A stretch of 64,000 bases of DNA, taken from positions 66,535 to 130,534 of the forward strand of contig CAZTRG010000281.1 of the NCBI GenBank assembly GCA_964615885.1, given 5' to 3'. Below the pieces are notes generated by a model. It saw only the letters and a program-made list of their open reading frames with translations. It ran no database searches and was not told where the DNA came from. This DNA is from an uncultured Planctomycetia bacterium. Its GTDB lineage: Bacteria > Planctomycetota > UBA8108. Made by a program: the position numbers and the translations under genes. Shown here one piece after another: positions 53,401 to 62,959 of this stretch; position 1 is the first letter of the stretch, and every line of letters begins with the position of its first letter.

Positions 53401-53742
53401 ACGCCCCAGCAGGCGCTCAAGAACATGCAGGCGCTCACCGTAGACCAGGGGATCGGGCCTGGAATCGGGCTGGAAAAGCGAATCCCAGGCCGGGAATGGA
53501 ACCGCCGCCTCTGCGGTAAAAGTTTCCAGCTCCTCCAGCAAATGCTCAGCGTCTTCCTGGCAGGAAGTAACAATAAGGCAGTGGCCGCTCTTCTCCTGGT
53601 CCCGGCCCATCCAGGCCTCGAGGAAAAACGACAAGGCGCCCCCCCAGAAACCGCCAATCCTGGCAGGACCGGCATCGAGCAGGTCTGCCGCCTGGCGGAA
53701 TTCATCAGTTTGCCTGTAATCCTGGATCAGCTGGGCGCTCAA
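50428..53742 (-). CDS. mfd: Transcription-repair coupling factor Mfd
   Basis: 1104 aa. UvrB-homology N-terminus, RNAP-interacting domain, SF2 helicase motifs (GDVGYGKTE, DEEQRFGV, LTLSATPIPRTL), TRG motif. Confidence 0.95.
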   Translation of the reverse strand: MSAQLIQDYRQTDEFRQAADLLDAGPARIGGFWGGALSFFLEAWMGRDQEKSGHCLIVTSCQEDAEHLLEELETFTAEAAVPFPAWDSLFQPDSRPDPLVYGERLHVLERLLGRDEGRSFIVTPVHALIQPVPQATVLGRDRLELRPGLELAPGELAKMLTEKGYRNVRLAEEVGEFSSRGDIFDVFAHAADTPVRLEYFGDSIESIRRYDPATQRSLPDCGEGRMDLVLADRDGIFQDCYRGGEALLFDYLRAGDRVVLWEDEAVLERAAKVFHNLLGSEGESSRDSFLGKLRGCSSLYASCMPPTQDSMPAINLGFGSVEQAVSVDISRAFESLRSRIAEGTELVLYCESEGEHKRFRELLRDNHLDAEESISLEVGSLRRGFEVTALSRAVLTAREFFNRQIVRRPRRAKTSAGRAIRSFLELKSGDHVVHLVHGVGRYLGIEAFEKDGIEQEFLALVFKGDVKVYVPVSKIDLVQKYIGSGDRAPTLDKVGGVNWSRKKDEVEAALMDLAAELLDVQAGRMERPGIACGEDSEWQRQFEASFPFEDTVDQVEVTLAIKDDMQAARPMDRLVCGDVGYGKTELAMRAAFKAVEGGRQAAILVPTTLLAQQHYKSFAERMAGFPVTIDVLSRFRTRAQQQEIVERASKGQLDILIGTHRLLSRDVGFRNLGLVVIDEEQRFGVVHKEKLKQLRKQVDVLTLSATPIPRTLHMALLGIRDISSLATAPQGRMAIQTEISHFDSDHMREIIIRELNRDGQVYLVHNRVMDIEVLQAEVRRAVPEARTLVVHGQMKERELEARMGAFMRHEADVLIATTIIESGIDIPRVNTIIINEADRYGLADLHQLRGRVGRYKNQAYCYLFLPEQRHVNPDALKRLKALVEFSGLGSGFQIAMRDLEIRGAGNILGKQQSGHIATVGYEMYCRLLEKCVHTMKDEHYSEPVSVEVDLALRAFIPDEFTRSHEPKLEIYRKISTARSRDSLADLRDELRDCYGKLPPPVVQLFDLQQLRIDCNAWEIEYIGCEDGNLLLRGGARMKDLLDACPCRVVVLDGSTVAVCLQKEGLIEKVKKPGKEVFLLVSQWLESGKFPQTRRLGRRFVDISK

Positions 53743-54491
53743 TCTTTGTTCTCTTCTTCGTCTTTCTCTTGATCAATCATCGTCAGAGTTATCCTGGCCG
53801 CTTCCTGCTCGGCCTCTTTCTTGGCCGCCCCCTTACCGATGGCATAACGCTTGTCGCCGATCACCGCAACAACCTCGAAGGATTTCATATGGTCGGGACC
53901 CTCCTCCGAAACCACCCGGTAGGTTGGCGTCAGGCTGAGGACTCTCTGGGCCCACTGCTGCAACAGGGACTTGTAGTTGCGATGATGCTCGTCGCTGGCC
54001 ACCTTCAGCACCTGGTGATAAATGTTCCTCAACACAAAACGACGGGCCGTCTCGAGCCCCCCATCCTTGTAGATCGCCGCAACGACCGCCTCGAATACAT
54101 TGGCCAGGAGAGAGTTCGGCAGTTTCTTGCGCCGGGTAACACCCTTGCCGACATTGTAATGCCCTCCCAGTCCCAGGCGCTGGCTCTCCTCTGCCAGTAT
54201 GTTTGTCGAGACGACAACCGACTTGATCTGCGTCAGCTCCCCCTCATCCCGGTTCTGAAAGAAATTATAGAGGAATTCCGTCATCACCAGCCCCAGGACG
54301 GAGTCACCGAGAAACTCCAGGCGCTCGTTGGATGGGTTGTCAATCGTCTTGATCGATGAATGGGTCAGGGCCTGGTGAAGAAACCGCAGGTCCCTGAACT
54401 GGTAGGATATCTTCTGCTCACACTCGCGAAGATTATTGAGGGCGAAATCATCAAGCTCTTCGGCCGCCCAATATTCCATCGTTTCCGTCAT
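53739..54491 (-). CDS. rnc: Ribonuclease III
   Basis: NERLEFLGDSVLGLV signature and a C-terminal dsRBD. The stop overlaps the mfd start. The ORF track extends to 54632. Confidence 0.9.
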   Translation of the reverse strand: MTETMEYWAAEELDDFALNNLRECEQKISYQFRDLRFLHQALTHSSIKTIDNPSNERLEFLGDSVLGLVMTEFLYNFFQNRDEGELTQIKSVVVSTNILAEESQRLGLGGHYNVGKGVTRRKKLPNSLLANVFEAVVAAIYKDGGLETARRFVLRNIYHQVLKVASDEHHRNYKSLLQQWAQRVLSLTPTYRVVSEEGPDHMKSFEVVAVIGDKRYAIGKGAAKKEAEQEAARITLTMIDQEKDEEENKD

Positions 54492-54722
54492 TCGCTGTTC
54501 GCTCCTGTTCCTGGAGCCCCGCGGAAGTAAGCTCCCGGGGGCCCGCCAATACCAGCGGCCTGCTGCACGGCAAGAGAAACGCCGGGCAAGGCTGCGACAA
54601 GAACAACGAGAACGGGAAGAACCGATCGCCATCTTTCCGAAACGATCCGTTTTTCTCGGTCTCTATTCTCTACTACCTTATTATCGTCTCTTAAGGTCGA
54701 TCATGTTAACACTTGTTTGGCA

Positions 54723-55148
54723 TCACTTATCGACAGTAAACAGGCCTTGTTCCCAGCGAATCTGCAGCACCCGCGGCCAGAAGCGCTGCTCCCCGAAGTG
54801 GACGGTAATACCATCGAAGCGGTAGCTGGAGGGCTCCCGTGAGAGGCGCTGAAGGTAGGCCCTGCAGGCGCGGCGGAGACAACGACGCTTGGCAGCATCG
54901 ATCTTTTCGAAACCAGTACTCCAGGAGCCCGCCCGGGTCGACTTGACCTCTATGAAGACCAGCCGGTCCCCCTGGCAGGCCACAAGATCGAGCTCTGCGC
55001 CGGCCAGCCGTACATTGCGGGCAAGGATTTCCAGGCCTTGACGGGCCAGGTATGCAGCCGCTTTTTTCTCTCCCAGGCGCCCCAGCGCAGCACTGCCTAG
55101 CTGGGCGGGGCCACCCAGCAGCCCGACTATCCAGGAGAGAACCTTCAC
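54723..55148 (-). CDS. yraN: YraN/UPF0102 family endonuclease-like protein
   Basis: ARQGLEILARNVRLAGAELDLVACQGDRLVFIEVKSTR matches the YraN PD-(D/E)xK core. Confidence 0.8.
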   Translation of the reverse strand: MKVLSWIVGLLGGPAQLGSAALGRLGEKKAAAYLARQGLEILARNVRLAGAELDLVACQGDRLVFIEVKSTRAGSWSTGFEKIDAAKRRCLRRACRAYLQRLSREPSSYRFDGITVHFGEQRFWPRVLQIRWEQGLFTVDK

Positions 55149-55203
55149 CGGCTATTCCCGCCCAGGCGCAAAATCCTGGCGAGAGCGGAACGCCGGAACC
55201 ATC

Positions 55204-55698
55204 TCAGTTCACGCCGGCAGCCGCTTCGGAGGATTCCTCACCCTGGGGCTCTTCAGCCTCATTGGCAGCGACTTCCTCCTGGGGCTCTTCAGCCGGCTTA
55301 CTGGCAGCAGCCTCTTTTGCCGCGGCAGCAGCGAGGCGGGGATCATCTCCACGTCGCTCTTTGACGCGGGTGGCCTTACCAATCCGGTCGCGAAGATAAA
55401 AGAGCTTGGAGCGGCGAACCTTACCTTTGCGCCGGACCTCAACCTTCAGAATAACCGGTGAGTGGAAGGGGAAGGTTCTCTCGACACCCTCACCAGCGAC
55501 AATCCGGCGCACCGTAAAGGTGGCGGTGATCGAATTCCCACCCTGGATCTTCATGACCGTACCGGTAAAGATCTGGACCCGCTCTTTTTCGCCCTCGCGG
55601 ATCTGTACATGCACATCGACTGTGTCTCCAACCTGGAAAACTCCCAGTGGGGTCTCGCGTTTGTGCCGGGCTTCTATCTCGTTGATTAAATCTGACAT
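55204..55698 (-). CDS. rplS: 50S ribosomal protein L19 with Ala/Glu-rich C-terminal extension
   Basis: Conserved L19 core [28 protein letters not shown]…, followed by ~45 extra acidic residues. Confidence 0.9.
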   Translation of the reverse strand: MSDLINEIEARHKRETPLGVFQVGDTVDVHVQIREGEKERVQIFTGTVMKIQGGNSITATFTVRRIVAGEGVERTFPFHSPVILKVEVRRKGKVRRSKLFYLRDRIGKATRVKERRGDDPRLAAAAAKEAAASKPAEEPQEEVAANEAEEPQGEESSEAAAGVN

Positions 55699-55799
55699 TT
55701 TCCTGTGCTCCAGTCCGTCCCTCTCGGGAGCCGGACGTTCTTGATAATTAACCTGTCACGGGTGGACAGGCAAGGCCCTGGCTGACTTCAACCTGAACT

Positions 55800-56537
55800 T
55801 CAGGTCTTATCCAGCTCCTGGCCGGTTTCCTGTAATTCCTTGTTCTCCAGCAGGTCACCACGGCGGTCCCTCGTTCTTTCAAGGGACTGCTGGCGACGCC
55901 ACTGCTCAATTTCCGCATGGTTCCCCGACAACAGAACATCGGGGACTCTCATGCCTCGATATTCCGGCGGCCGGGTGTATTGCGGAAAATCCAATACTCC
56001 GTTCTCAAAAGACTCCCGGGAAGAAGATTCAGGGTGCCCAAGGGCACCGGGCAGCAGGCGGACGATTCCATCCACCAGCACCATCGCGGGAATCTCTCCT
56101 CCGGAAAGTACATAATCACCAATAGAAACTTCCTCGAAGCCGAGGCCATCGATGATCCGTTCATCAAATCCTTCGTAGTGCCCGCAGAGCAGCACAATCC
56201 GTGTCTCCTGGGACAATTCGCGCATCAGGGGCTGGTCAAGCCGGCGGCCCTGGGGTGTCAGGATGATCTTGCGGACCGGGCCATCGGCCGAAGGCTCTAC
56301 ATGGCCAAGAACGCTCTCAACTGCATCGAAAACGGGCTCAGGCTTGAAAACCATTCCTGGGCCGCCGCCATAGGGGCGGTCATCAACGGAGTGATGGCGG
56401 TCCCGGGTGAAGTCCCGCAGGTTAACGCAGTTGATCTCGGCGAGCCCGGACTTCACGGCGCGTCCGACAATGCTTTCGCCCATTGCGGAAGAAAACATCC
56501 CCGGGAAAATTGTGATGATATCGAATCTCACGGCCAT
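55800..56537 (-). CDS. trmD: tRNA (guanine37-N1)-methyltransferase TrmD
   Basis: MAVRFDIITIFPGMF SPOUT-MTase start, GGGPGMV, and a C-terminal tRNA-binding domain. Confidence 0.9.
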   Translation of the reverse strand: MAVRFDIITIFPGMFSSAMGESIVGRAVKSGLAEINCVNLRDFTRDRHHSVDDRPYGGGPGMVFKPEPVFDAVESVLGHVEPSADGPVRKIILTPQGRRLDQPLMRELSQETRIVLLCGHYEGFDERIIDGLGFEEVSIGDYVLSGGEIPAMVLVDGIVRLLPGALGHPESSSRESFENGVLDFPQYTRPPEYRGMRVPDVLLSGNHAEIEQWRRQQSLERTRDRRGDLLENKELQETGQELDKT

Positions 56538-56679
56538 GGTTCTGCAACTCGTCGAAAAGAAAAATGTTTCTGCCTGATCCGCTCATTCCGCCTTCGGCGG
56601 AAGCCCCACCGGCCTCTGGCCGGACTGGATCACAACAAGTGAACTCGCTGTATCGGAGTGAGCTTTCTTTCAATGACAC

Positions 56680-57303
56680 CTATTCTTTGGACTCTTCGGC
56701 ATCCTCGGCAGGGGCTTCTTCAGCTTCCTCAGCGGGAGCCTCTTCAGCTGCGGCCTCCTCGGCGGGAGCTTCTTCTACCTGGGCCTCAGCAGCCTCGTTC
56801 GGGGCTTCAGCTGCCTCAGTGTCAGCTTCGGCACCTTCTTCAGCCTCGGCAGCAGGAGCTTCTTCCTTGGGCTCCGGCGGCGGCTGCTTGTTCTTGGCCT
56901 TCTGTTTTCTTTTTCTTTTCCGCTCAAGTCGCTCATCGCGGGCGGCGCGCTTTTCCGCGCTCAGTGGGCGCGGGCCAGGGCCTTCTTCAGACTCATTTTT
57001 CTTTTCCGGGGAGCCCAGCCTGCGTCGGGTTTTGACCTTCTTGACTGAACCAAGACCCTCTACCTTCTCTTCGCGCAGAAAAGTCAGAACGGTCAGCGAG
57101 GGCGTTGCGCCGACACTGATCCAGTACTCTGCCCGTTCCTTATCGAGGTGGAACTTCTTCGCGTTATCCTCGATGAATGGATCGTAATAGCCGATGCTCT
57201 CGATGTATTTGGCATCGCGGGCACGACCCTTTTCTATTGCACAGATTCTGTAGAAGGGGCGGTGAGTTTTACCCATCCGCCTCAGGCGCAGCCTGACCGA
57301 CAT
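56680..57303 (-). CDS. rpsP: 30S ribosomal protein S16 with ~120-aa Lys/Glu/Ala-rich C-terminal extension
   Basis: MSVRLRLRRMGKTHRPFYRI…IGYYDPF S16 core, then a low-complexity acidic tail. Confidence 0.9.
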   Translation of the reverse strand: MSVRLRLRRMGKTHRPFYRICAIEKGRARDAKYIESIGYYDPFIEDNAKKFHLDKERAEYWISVGATPSLTVLTFLREEKVEGLGSVKKVKTRRRLGSPEKKNESEEGPGPRPLSAEKRAARDERLERKRKRKQKAKNKQPPPEPKEEAPAAEAEEGAEADTEAAEAPNEAAEAQVEEAPAEEAAAEEAPAEEAEEAPAEDAEESKE

Positions 57304-57552
57304 TCAACTACCTCCGGTTTCACTCATCAGCCAGGCCAATAACCCGGCATGAAAAACTTAACTTATTCTAAACCAATACCTTAAAGCCCTTCCGCCAGCC
57401 TTCCGGAAGGTGCAAAAGATGGGCAATTATCCCCAATTAACCCGTAAGGTCAAGTGATTTAGGAAGTTCCGAATCGAATGCCATAATGGGTTTTCCGGGC
57501 CGATAAAACCCCTTAAAAAGGGTCCCCCAACCCGGACGGCACGACCCTGGTA

Positions 57553-59076
57553 CTACCGCCGCCGGCTCTTCCTGCGGTTTTTACGCTCTCGCTTTCGACG
57601 AGCCTTCAGCTCTGCCTTGGATTTTTTCCGTGTCTTTGCCGAGCCACCCGATTTCTTTTTCTGTTCGGGATTTTGAGCAGCCCCCATCTGTTGCGACATC
57701 TCGGCCATCATCTGGTGCGGATTGCTCATCATTTTCTTTGCCTGCGCCATGGCCTTGAGCTTGCCCAGCGGACCTTTTCCGGAGCCCCCGGTCATCTGGT
57801 CCATCATTTTTTTCATGCCGTTGAACTGCTTGAGCAGATCATCGACATCCATGCGCGACCGCCCGCTACCGCGGGCGATGCGGTCACGCCGGGCTGAATT
57901 GAGAATCTCCGGGCGGCGGCGCTCCTTGGGAGTCATGGAACGAACGACCCCCTCGATGTGGCCAAGGTCTTCGTCGCTGATATCCATGTCCCCGAGCTGG
58001 GCGCCCATACCCGGCACCATCTCAAGCAGCTTGCGCAGGTTGCCACCCGCCATCTTTTTTACCGACTGCAGCTGTTCGAGAAAATGCTCCAGGGTGAAGG
58101 TCCCTTCGAGCAGCTCTTTCTGCATCCGGGCAGCATCTTCGGCATCGACAACATCCTGGGCCTTGGCGACGATCCCCCTCACATCTCCAAAGCCAAAGAT
58201 GCGCTCCGCCATACCCTCGGGACGGAACTCCTCAAGGGTTCCCTCCAGCTTCTCCCCTGTTCCGACAAACTTGATCGGCTTGCCGGTGACTGTTTTTACC
58301 GACAAGGCCGCTCCACCACGGGCGTCTCCATCGAGCTTGGTGAGAATCACCCCGGTCAGCTCGAGCCTGTCATTGAACTCTCTCGCACTCTTGACCGCAT
58401 CCTGGCCGACCATGGCGTCACAAACCAGGAACACCTCGTGGGGGCTGGTCACCTGCGCCACCTCGCAGACCTCACCCATCATTTCCTCATCGATGTGAAG
58501 GCGGCCCGCTGTATCAAGAATGACGGTGTCACAGCCCAGGCGGCCGGCCTCCTTGAGGCTCTCGGCACAAACGGCCGGCGGCTTTGCCCCGGGCTGCGAA
58601 TAGACCGGAACCTTGATCTGCTCTCCCAGTGTCCGCAGCTGGTCGATCGCCGCAGGGCGTTGCATGTCAGCTGCCACCAGGAGAGGGCGGCGCTTGTGTT
58701 CCTTACGAAGCAGCACTGCCAGCTTGCCGCAGGTCGTGGTCTTACCGCTGCCCTGGAGACCAGCCATCAGGATCACCGTAAGACCCTTGGGCTGGAAGTC
58801 GATCGACGGGTCAACCGGTCCCATCAGATCCACAAGATGCTGGAAAACAATCTGGATGAACTGCTGGCCGGGCTCGACACCCTTGAGAACCTTTTCCCCG
58901 AGGGCATCCTCCTCAATCTTCTGCAGGAATTCCTTGATGACCTCCAGGGCGACATCCGCCTCCAGGAGCGCTACCCGGATCTCACGGAGCGTCTCGCGAA
59001 TGTTCTTCTCGGTGATCTTCTTGCCGGCAATGTTGCCGAGGATCCCGGTAAATCTCTTGGTGATACTTTCGAACAT
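57553..59076 (-). CDS. ffh: Signal recognition particle protein Ffh (SRP54)
   Basis: N-domain, NG GTPase motifs (GLQGSGKTTT, DTAGR, TKLDG), M-domain with Met-rich segment and a basic tail. Confidence 0.95.
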   Translation of the reverse strand: MFESITKRFTGILGNIAGKKITEKNIRETLREIRVALLEADVALEVIKEFLQKIEEDALGEKVLKGVEPGQQFIQIVFQHLVDLMGPVDPSIDFQPKGLTVILMAGLQGSGKTTTCGKLAVLLRKEHKRRPLLVAADMQRPAAIDQLRTLGEQIKVPVYSQPGAKPPAVCAESLKEAGRLGCDTVILDTAGRLHIDEEMMGEVCEVAQVTSPHEVFLVCDAMVGQDAVKSAREFNDRLELTGVILTKLDGDARGGAALSVKTVTGKPIKFVGTGEKLEGTLEEFRPEGMAERIFGFGDVRGIVAKAQDVVDAEDAARMQKELLEGTFTLEHFLEQLQSVKKMAGGNLRKLLEMVPGMGAQLGDMDISDEDLGHIEGVVRSMTPKERRRPEILNSARRDRIARGSGRSRMDVDDLLKQFNGMKKMMDQMTGGSGKGPLGKLKAMAQAKKMMSNPHQMMAEMSQQMGAAQNPEQKKKSGGSAKTRKKSKAELKARRKRERKNRRKSRRR

Positions 59077-59288
59077 TTTTTGATCCTCCTGGAGCCTGGC
59101 CGGCTTCCAGGGATGAACAGTCAGCAGGAATTACGGCGTACCAATTCAGGGCGGTATGGTAACACCGCCACCGCAAGGCTTCCAGATGCCAAAAGACCGG
59201 CCTTGAGCAGGCTTCCCCCCCGGCTATTGCCCTGCAGCTTCAGCGGTGGTAAACCAACAGGGCTGGCCACCGCTGAAGAAAGCGCCGG

Positions 59289-60629
59289 ATGACCGCGCCA
59301 GGACAACGGCCAGAACCTCTACCGTGGAAAATCCTTGTGACCCGCCCCTGCGCCATCATCTGCCTGACAGGCTCCGAGCTCACCCGGGGAGAAACCCGTG
59401 ACGCAAACGGCTCCTTCCTCGCCACGGAATTAACCATGCTCGGTGTTCAAGTCAAAGAGCTCCGTGTGCTGCCGGACGACCGGCAGGAACTCGAAGAGGC
59501 CTTCGGGGAGCTGGCAGAAAAGGCCGACCTTCTCATTATCAGCGGCGGCCTCGGGCCCACCGCCGACGACCTCACAATCGCCGCCCTCGCAGGCGCCCTG
59601 GGCCGGAAGGTTACAATCGACCCAACCGCAAAGGAGAGCATGCGCTGCAAGGCCCTCAAGCGCGTCGCATCGGAGGCGGAAATACCCGGCAACTTCTACA
59701 AGCAGGGCGAAGTGGTCGAGGGGGCAGTCGTTCTTCAGAACCCCGCCGGGCTGGCGCCTGCCAGTCTCGTTGAAACCGGGGGAGGCCTGGTTGCCGCGCT
59801 ACCGGGCGTGCCCTATGAGCTGCGTGCGATTTTCCACGAGCATCTCGCCGGCGAGATCGTCCGCCGTCTCAAGCTGTCCGCTCCTCGAATATTGCGGGCC
59901 AAGTTGATGGGGCGGCCTGAGAGCTGGGCAGAGGCTCGGATCCAGGAGCTCGACATCGACACCTCCCGGATCGAGTACGGTATCAGCGCGCGCCCGGGAG
60001 AGCTCCTGCTCAAGTTTATCTCTCACGATGAGAACGGGCACACCCTGCTGGATGGAGTTCGCCAGGTGCTTTCCGCGGAGTTCGGCGAAGATCTCTTCTT
60101 TCTTCCTGAAGGCCTTAAAGATCCTGCCGGGGAGCCGCTGGACATCTCCCTCATGCGCAGGGTTCACGAGCTGCTGCTGTCGGGCAAGGCCAGTGTTGCC
60201 ACGGCTGAATCCTGCACCGGGGGCCTGATCGCCAAGCGCCTGACCGACCAGGCCGGATCATCAGAGTATTTCCTGGGTTCAACCGTTGCCTACCAGAACG
60301 AAATCAAGGTCTCCATGCTGGATGTGGAGGCAGCCGTGCTCGAAAGCAAGGGAGCCGTCTCAAGAGAGGTCTGTGAATCAATGGCGCGCTCGGCCAGGAA
60401 CCGCTTCTCTGCAACTTACGGGATCTCCGTAACCGGGATTGCCGGCCCGGGGGGAGGAAGCGAGCAGAAACCCGTCGGGCTTGTGTATATCGGCCTTGCC
60501 GGCCCGGCAGCTGAATCCTGCTACGTGGAGAAGAAGGTTTTTTCGGGCGGGCGTGACCTCGTGCGGGCCCAGGCGGCCACCCGGGCACTGGACCTTTTAC
60601 GAAGGAGCCTTGAAGGCTCACCCCTCTGA
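59289..60629 (+). CDS. cinA: Competence/damage-inducible protein CinA (MoCF-biosynthesis-like N-domain + CinA C-terminal domain)
   Basis: ICLTGSELTRGETRDANG (MocF-like) plus a C-terminal CinA domain (TAESCTGGLIAKRLTD). Confidence 0.85.
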   Translation: MTAPGQRPEPLPWKILVTRPCAIICLTGSELTRGETRDANGSFLATELTMLGVQVKELRVLPDDRQELEEAFGELAEKADLLIISGGLGPTADDLTIAALAGALGRKVTIDPTAKESMRCKALKRVASEAEIPGNFYKQGEVVEGAVVLQNPAGLAPASLVETGGGLVAALPGVPYELRAIFHEHLAGEIVRRLKLSAPRILRAKLMGRPESWAEARIQELDIDTSRIEYGISARPGELLLKFISHDENGHTLLDGVRQVLSAEFGEDLFFLPEGLKDPAGEPLDISLMRRVHELLLSGKASVATAESCTGGLIAKRLTDQAGSSEYFLGSTVAYQNEIKVSMLDVEAAVLESKGAVSREVCESMARSARNRFSATYGISVTGIAGPGGGSEQKPVGLVYIGLAGPAAESCYVEKKVFSGGRDLVRAQAATRALDLLRRSLEGSPL

Positions 60630-60697
60630 ACCCGGGAGCGCTCCCCCCCGGCCGGAGCTGCCAAACCCTATAGCCCTCACCCCGGCCCAGCCTTATC

Positions 60698-61321
60698 ATG
60701 GCTGGCGTGGACAGCCCGATCGCGACAGAATTTGACATTCCATTCACGGTGGAAAATGTTCTCGCCGGTTACCGGCAGGGAATCTTCCCGATGGGAGATG
60801 ATGAAGATGACCTGGTCTACTGGTTCCGGCCGGACCCACGGGCCATCATCCCGCTGGATGGCCTCCATGTTCCCCGTTCGCTCCAGCGCACCATCAGCCA
60901 GGGAGAATTCGAGATAACCGCCAATAAGGCCTTTGCCGAGGTCATGATCGGCTGTGGAGAAGGACGCCCTGTCTGGATCACCGACCGGATCCATGATCTC
61001 TACAACCAGCTGCACGAGCTGAAGAGAGCCCATTCCATCGAGGTCTGGAGCGGCAAAGAGCTGGTCGGTGGGATCTACGGTGTCCAGGTCGGGGGTGCCT
61101 TCATGGCGGAATCAAAATTTCACCGGGTCACCGATGCATCGAAGGTTGCCCTGGTGAAGCTGGTCGAGCAGCTCTCAGCAGCACGCTTCTGCCTGCTGGA
61201 GGTTCAGTACCTGACCGAACATCTCCGGCAGTTTGGTGCCTGTGAGATCTCCAATGCCGACTACCTCCTTCAGCTGGAAAGCGCGGCAGCGCTGGAGCGC
61301 TCTTTTCAGACGCAGTGCTGA
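60698..61321 (+). CDS. aat: Leucyl/phenylalanyl-tRNA--protein transferase
   Basis: LLAGYRQGIFPM…WF.PDPRAIIP…, GFAVN-like acetyltransferase fold. ~205 aa. Confidence 0.85.
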   Translation: MAGVDSPIATEFDIPFTVENVLAGYRQGIFPMGDDEDDLVYWFRPDPRAIIPLDGLHVPRSLQRTISQGEFEITANKAFAEVMIGCGEGRPVWITDRIHDLYNQLHELKRAHSIEVWSGKELVGGIYGVQVGGAFMAESKFHRVTDASKVALVKLVEQLSAARFCLLEVQYLTEHLRQFGACEISNADYLLQLESAAALERSFQTQC

Positions 61322-61339
61322 GAGTCCGGGGGCACGGAC

Positions 61340-62626
61340 CTACCTGGCCGCCTTCCGGATCGCCCACAAGCGGTCCTTGCCGCGGATATAGATCGTGCCA
61401 TCGGCGAGTGCCGGGGTGGCGATGACCTGGCCCGCAACCTTGCCCTTGCCGGCAATCTTGAATTCATCTCCAGCCGTCAACACGATGGTCTCTCCCGACA
61501 TGGCCGTGAAATAGATCTTTCCATCAGCAGCGACAGGAGAGGCCTTGACGTTGCCCCGGAAAATTCTTTCGCGCCACTTCAGCTCCCCGGTGGCAGCATC
61601 GAGACAGGAGCCTACCCCGTTGTCGCGAACCATGTAGAGACGGCCGCGGTAGCATACCGGTGTCGGACAATCCGGAGAATGCTGCTTGTAGGTCCAGCTG
61701 CGGCGGGTCTTGGTGATGTCGCCCGCCGCTTCCTTGCCGGGCTTCAAGCCAATGACCCTTCCCAGCCCGCCGTAGCCGGAAGAGGTCGCGAAGACCATGC
61801 CCCCGGCTGCAGTTGGTGAGGCGATCGAGCGGCCGGCCGCATGCGCAATCTTGAGACCTGAGGAGATCCAGAGCTGGCGGCCGGAGGCAGGTTCATAGGC
61901 ATTCACATGGTCGGCTCCCGAAACCACCACCGCCTTCTCTCCTTTCCAGTCAAACAGGACCGGGGAAGAATAGGAATCGGCCGCCTCCCCGACACAGGGC
62001 AGCTTCCTGTCCTTCTTCCAGAGATCCTTTCCGGTCTGGAGGTCGACACAAAGAAGATAGGACGGCCCTCCATTCATACAGGCTATGTAAAGACGGCCCG
62101 AATGAAGCAGGGGAGAAGATCCCATACCCCAGAGGATGCGGTACTCGCCGTGATCCTTAACCAGGTCCCTGCGCCAGAGAACCTTTCCTCCCGAGCTCTC
62201 GAGGCAGACCAGGTCCCCGGTACCAAAGAGCGCGCAGACCCGGTCAGCGGTCGCAACACAAGTTGGGGATGCCATGTTATGAAGCCGGTGGTGCTTCGTC
62301 TTTCCGCGGCCTACCTGCTGCTCCCAGACCACCCGGCGCTCCGACCGGCTGATACAGAGAACGTAGAGGGCATCACCGTCCTTCTGCGCGGTAAGAAAAA
62401 TCCTGTCGCCAAGGATACACGGCGAAGAGTTGCCCCACTGGGGTAACTCAAGGCTCCAGGACAGGTTCTTTTTTTTCTCCTGGGACCATTTCTGAGGGAA
62501 CCCGGCCTGGTCAGAGACGCCGTTTCCATCCGCACCGCGCCAACCCGGCCAATCTGCAGCCCCCAGCCCCGCTGAAGACAAAAAAAGGCCGCTGAGAAAA
62601 ATCACCAGGGCGGTTCGAAACAACAT
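61340..62626 (-). CDS. PQQ-repeat beta-propeller protein, secreted
   Basis: Signal peptide MLFRTALVIFLSGLFLSSAGLGA, then repeated AxDxxTGxxxW PQQ-like beta-propeller blades. The ORF track extends to 62725. Confidence 0.75.
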   Translation of the reverse strand: MLFRTALVIFLSGLFLSSAGLGAADWPGWRGADGNGVSDQAGFPQKWSQEKKKNLSWSLELPQWGNSSPCILGDRIFLTAQKDGDALYVLCISRSERRVVWEQQVGRGKTKHHRLHNMASPTCVATADRVCALFGTGDLVCLESSGGKVLWRRDLVKDHGEYRILWGMGSSPLLHSGRLYIACMNGGPSYLLCVDLQTGKDLWKKDRKLPCVGEAADSYSSPVLFDWKGEKAVVVSGADHVNAYEPASGRQLWISSGLKIAHAAGRSIASPTAAGGMVFATSSGYGGLGRVIGLKPGKEAAGDITKTRRSWTYKQHSPDCPTPVCYRGRLYMVRDNGVGSCLDAATGELKWRERIFRGNVKASPVAADGKIYFTAMSGETIVLTAGDEFKIAGKGKVAGQVIATPALADGTIYIRGKDRLWAIRKAAR

Positions 62627-62959
62627 CCTATTCCTCCTTAACAAGCAGGCTGGTCCGTTATCTTTAAGAACGCAGGAACTGAGAGGAGTACTTAACAGGA
62701 AGCTAAACTCCTTCAGAAAACGCATTATAGCCCGGTTGAGGCTATAGCAAACGTTCTAGCCGAAATACGCGGGGCGCAGCATCCCGATTTAGGGGAAAAA
62801 GGCATTGCAAAGCCCTTCTGAAGAAGGGAAACTCGAAATTCGCTTCTTTGTTCCTTTACGGGTCGGAGAAACAAGGGGATTCAGCGTCTATTCCGGTTTT
62901 CAGACGCTCATTGGCAGATTCTTTTTTAAACCGCTTTTTATAAATACAGGCGAAATCAC

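Noticed and set aside
56538-56679. Possible small rimM remnant between rpsP and trmD
   Set aside because: At 142 nt it is too short for RimM (~170 aa). No ORF is present.
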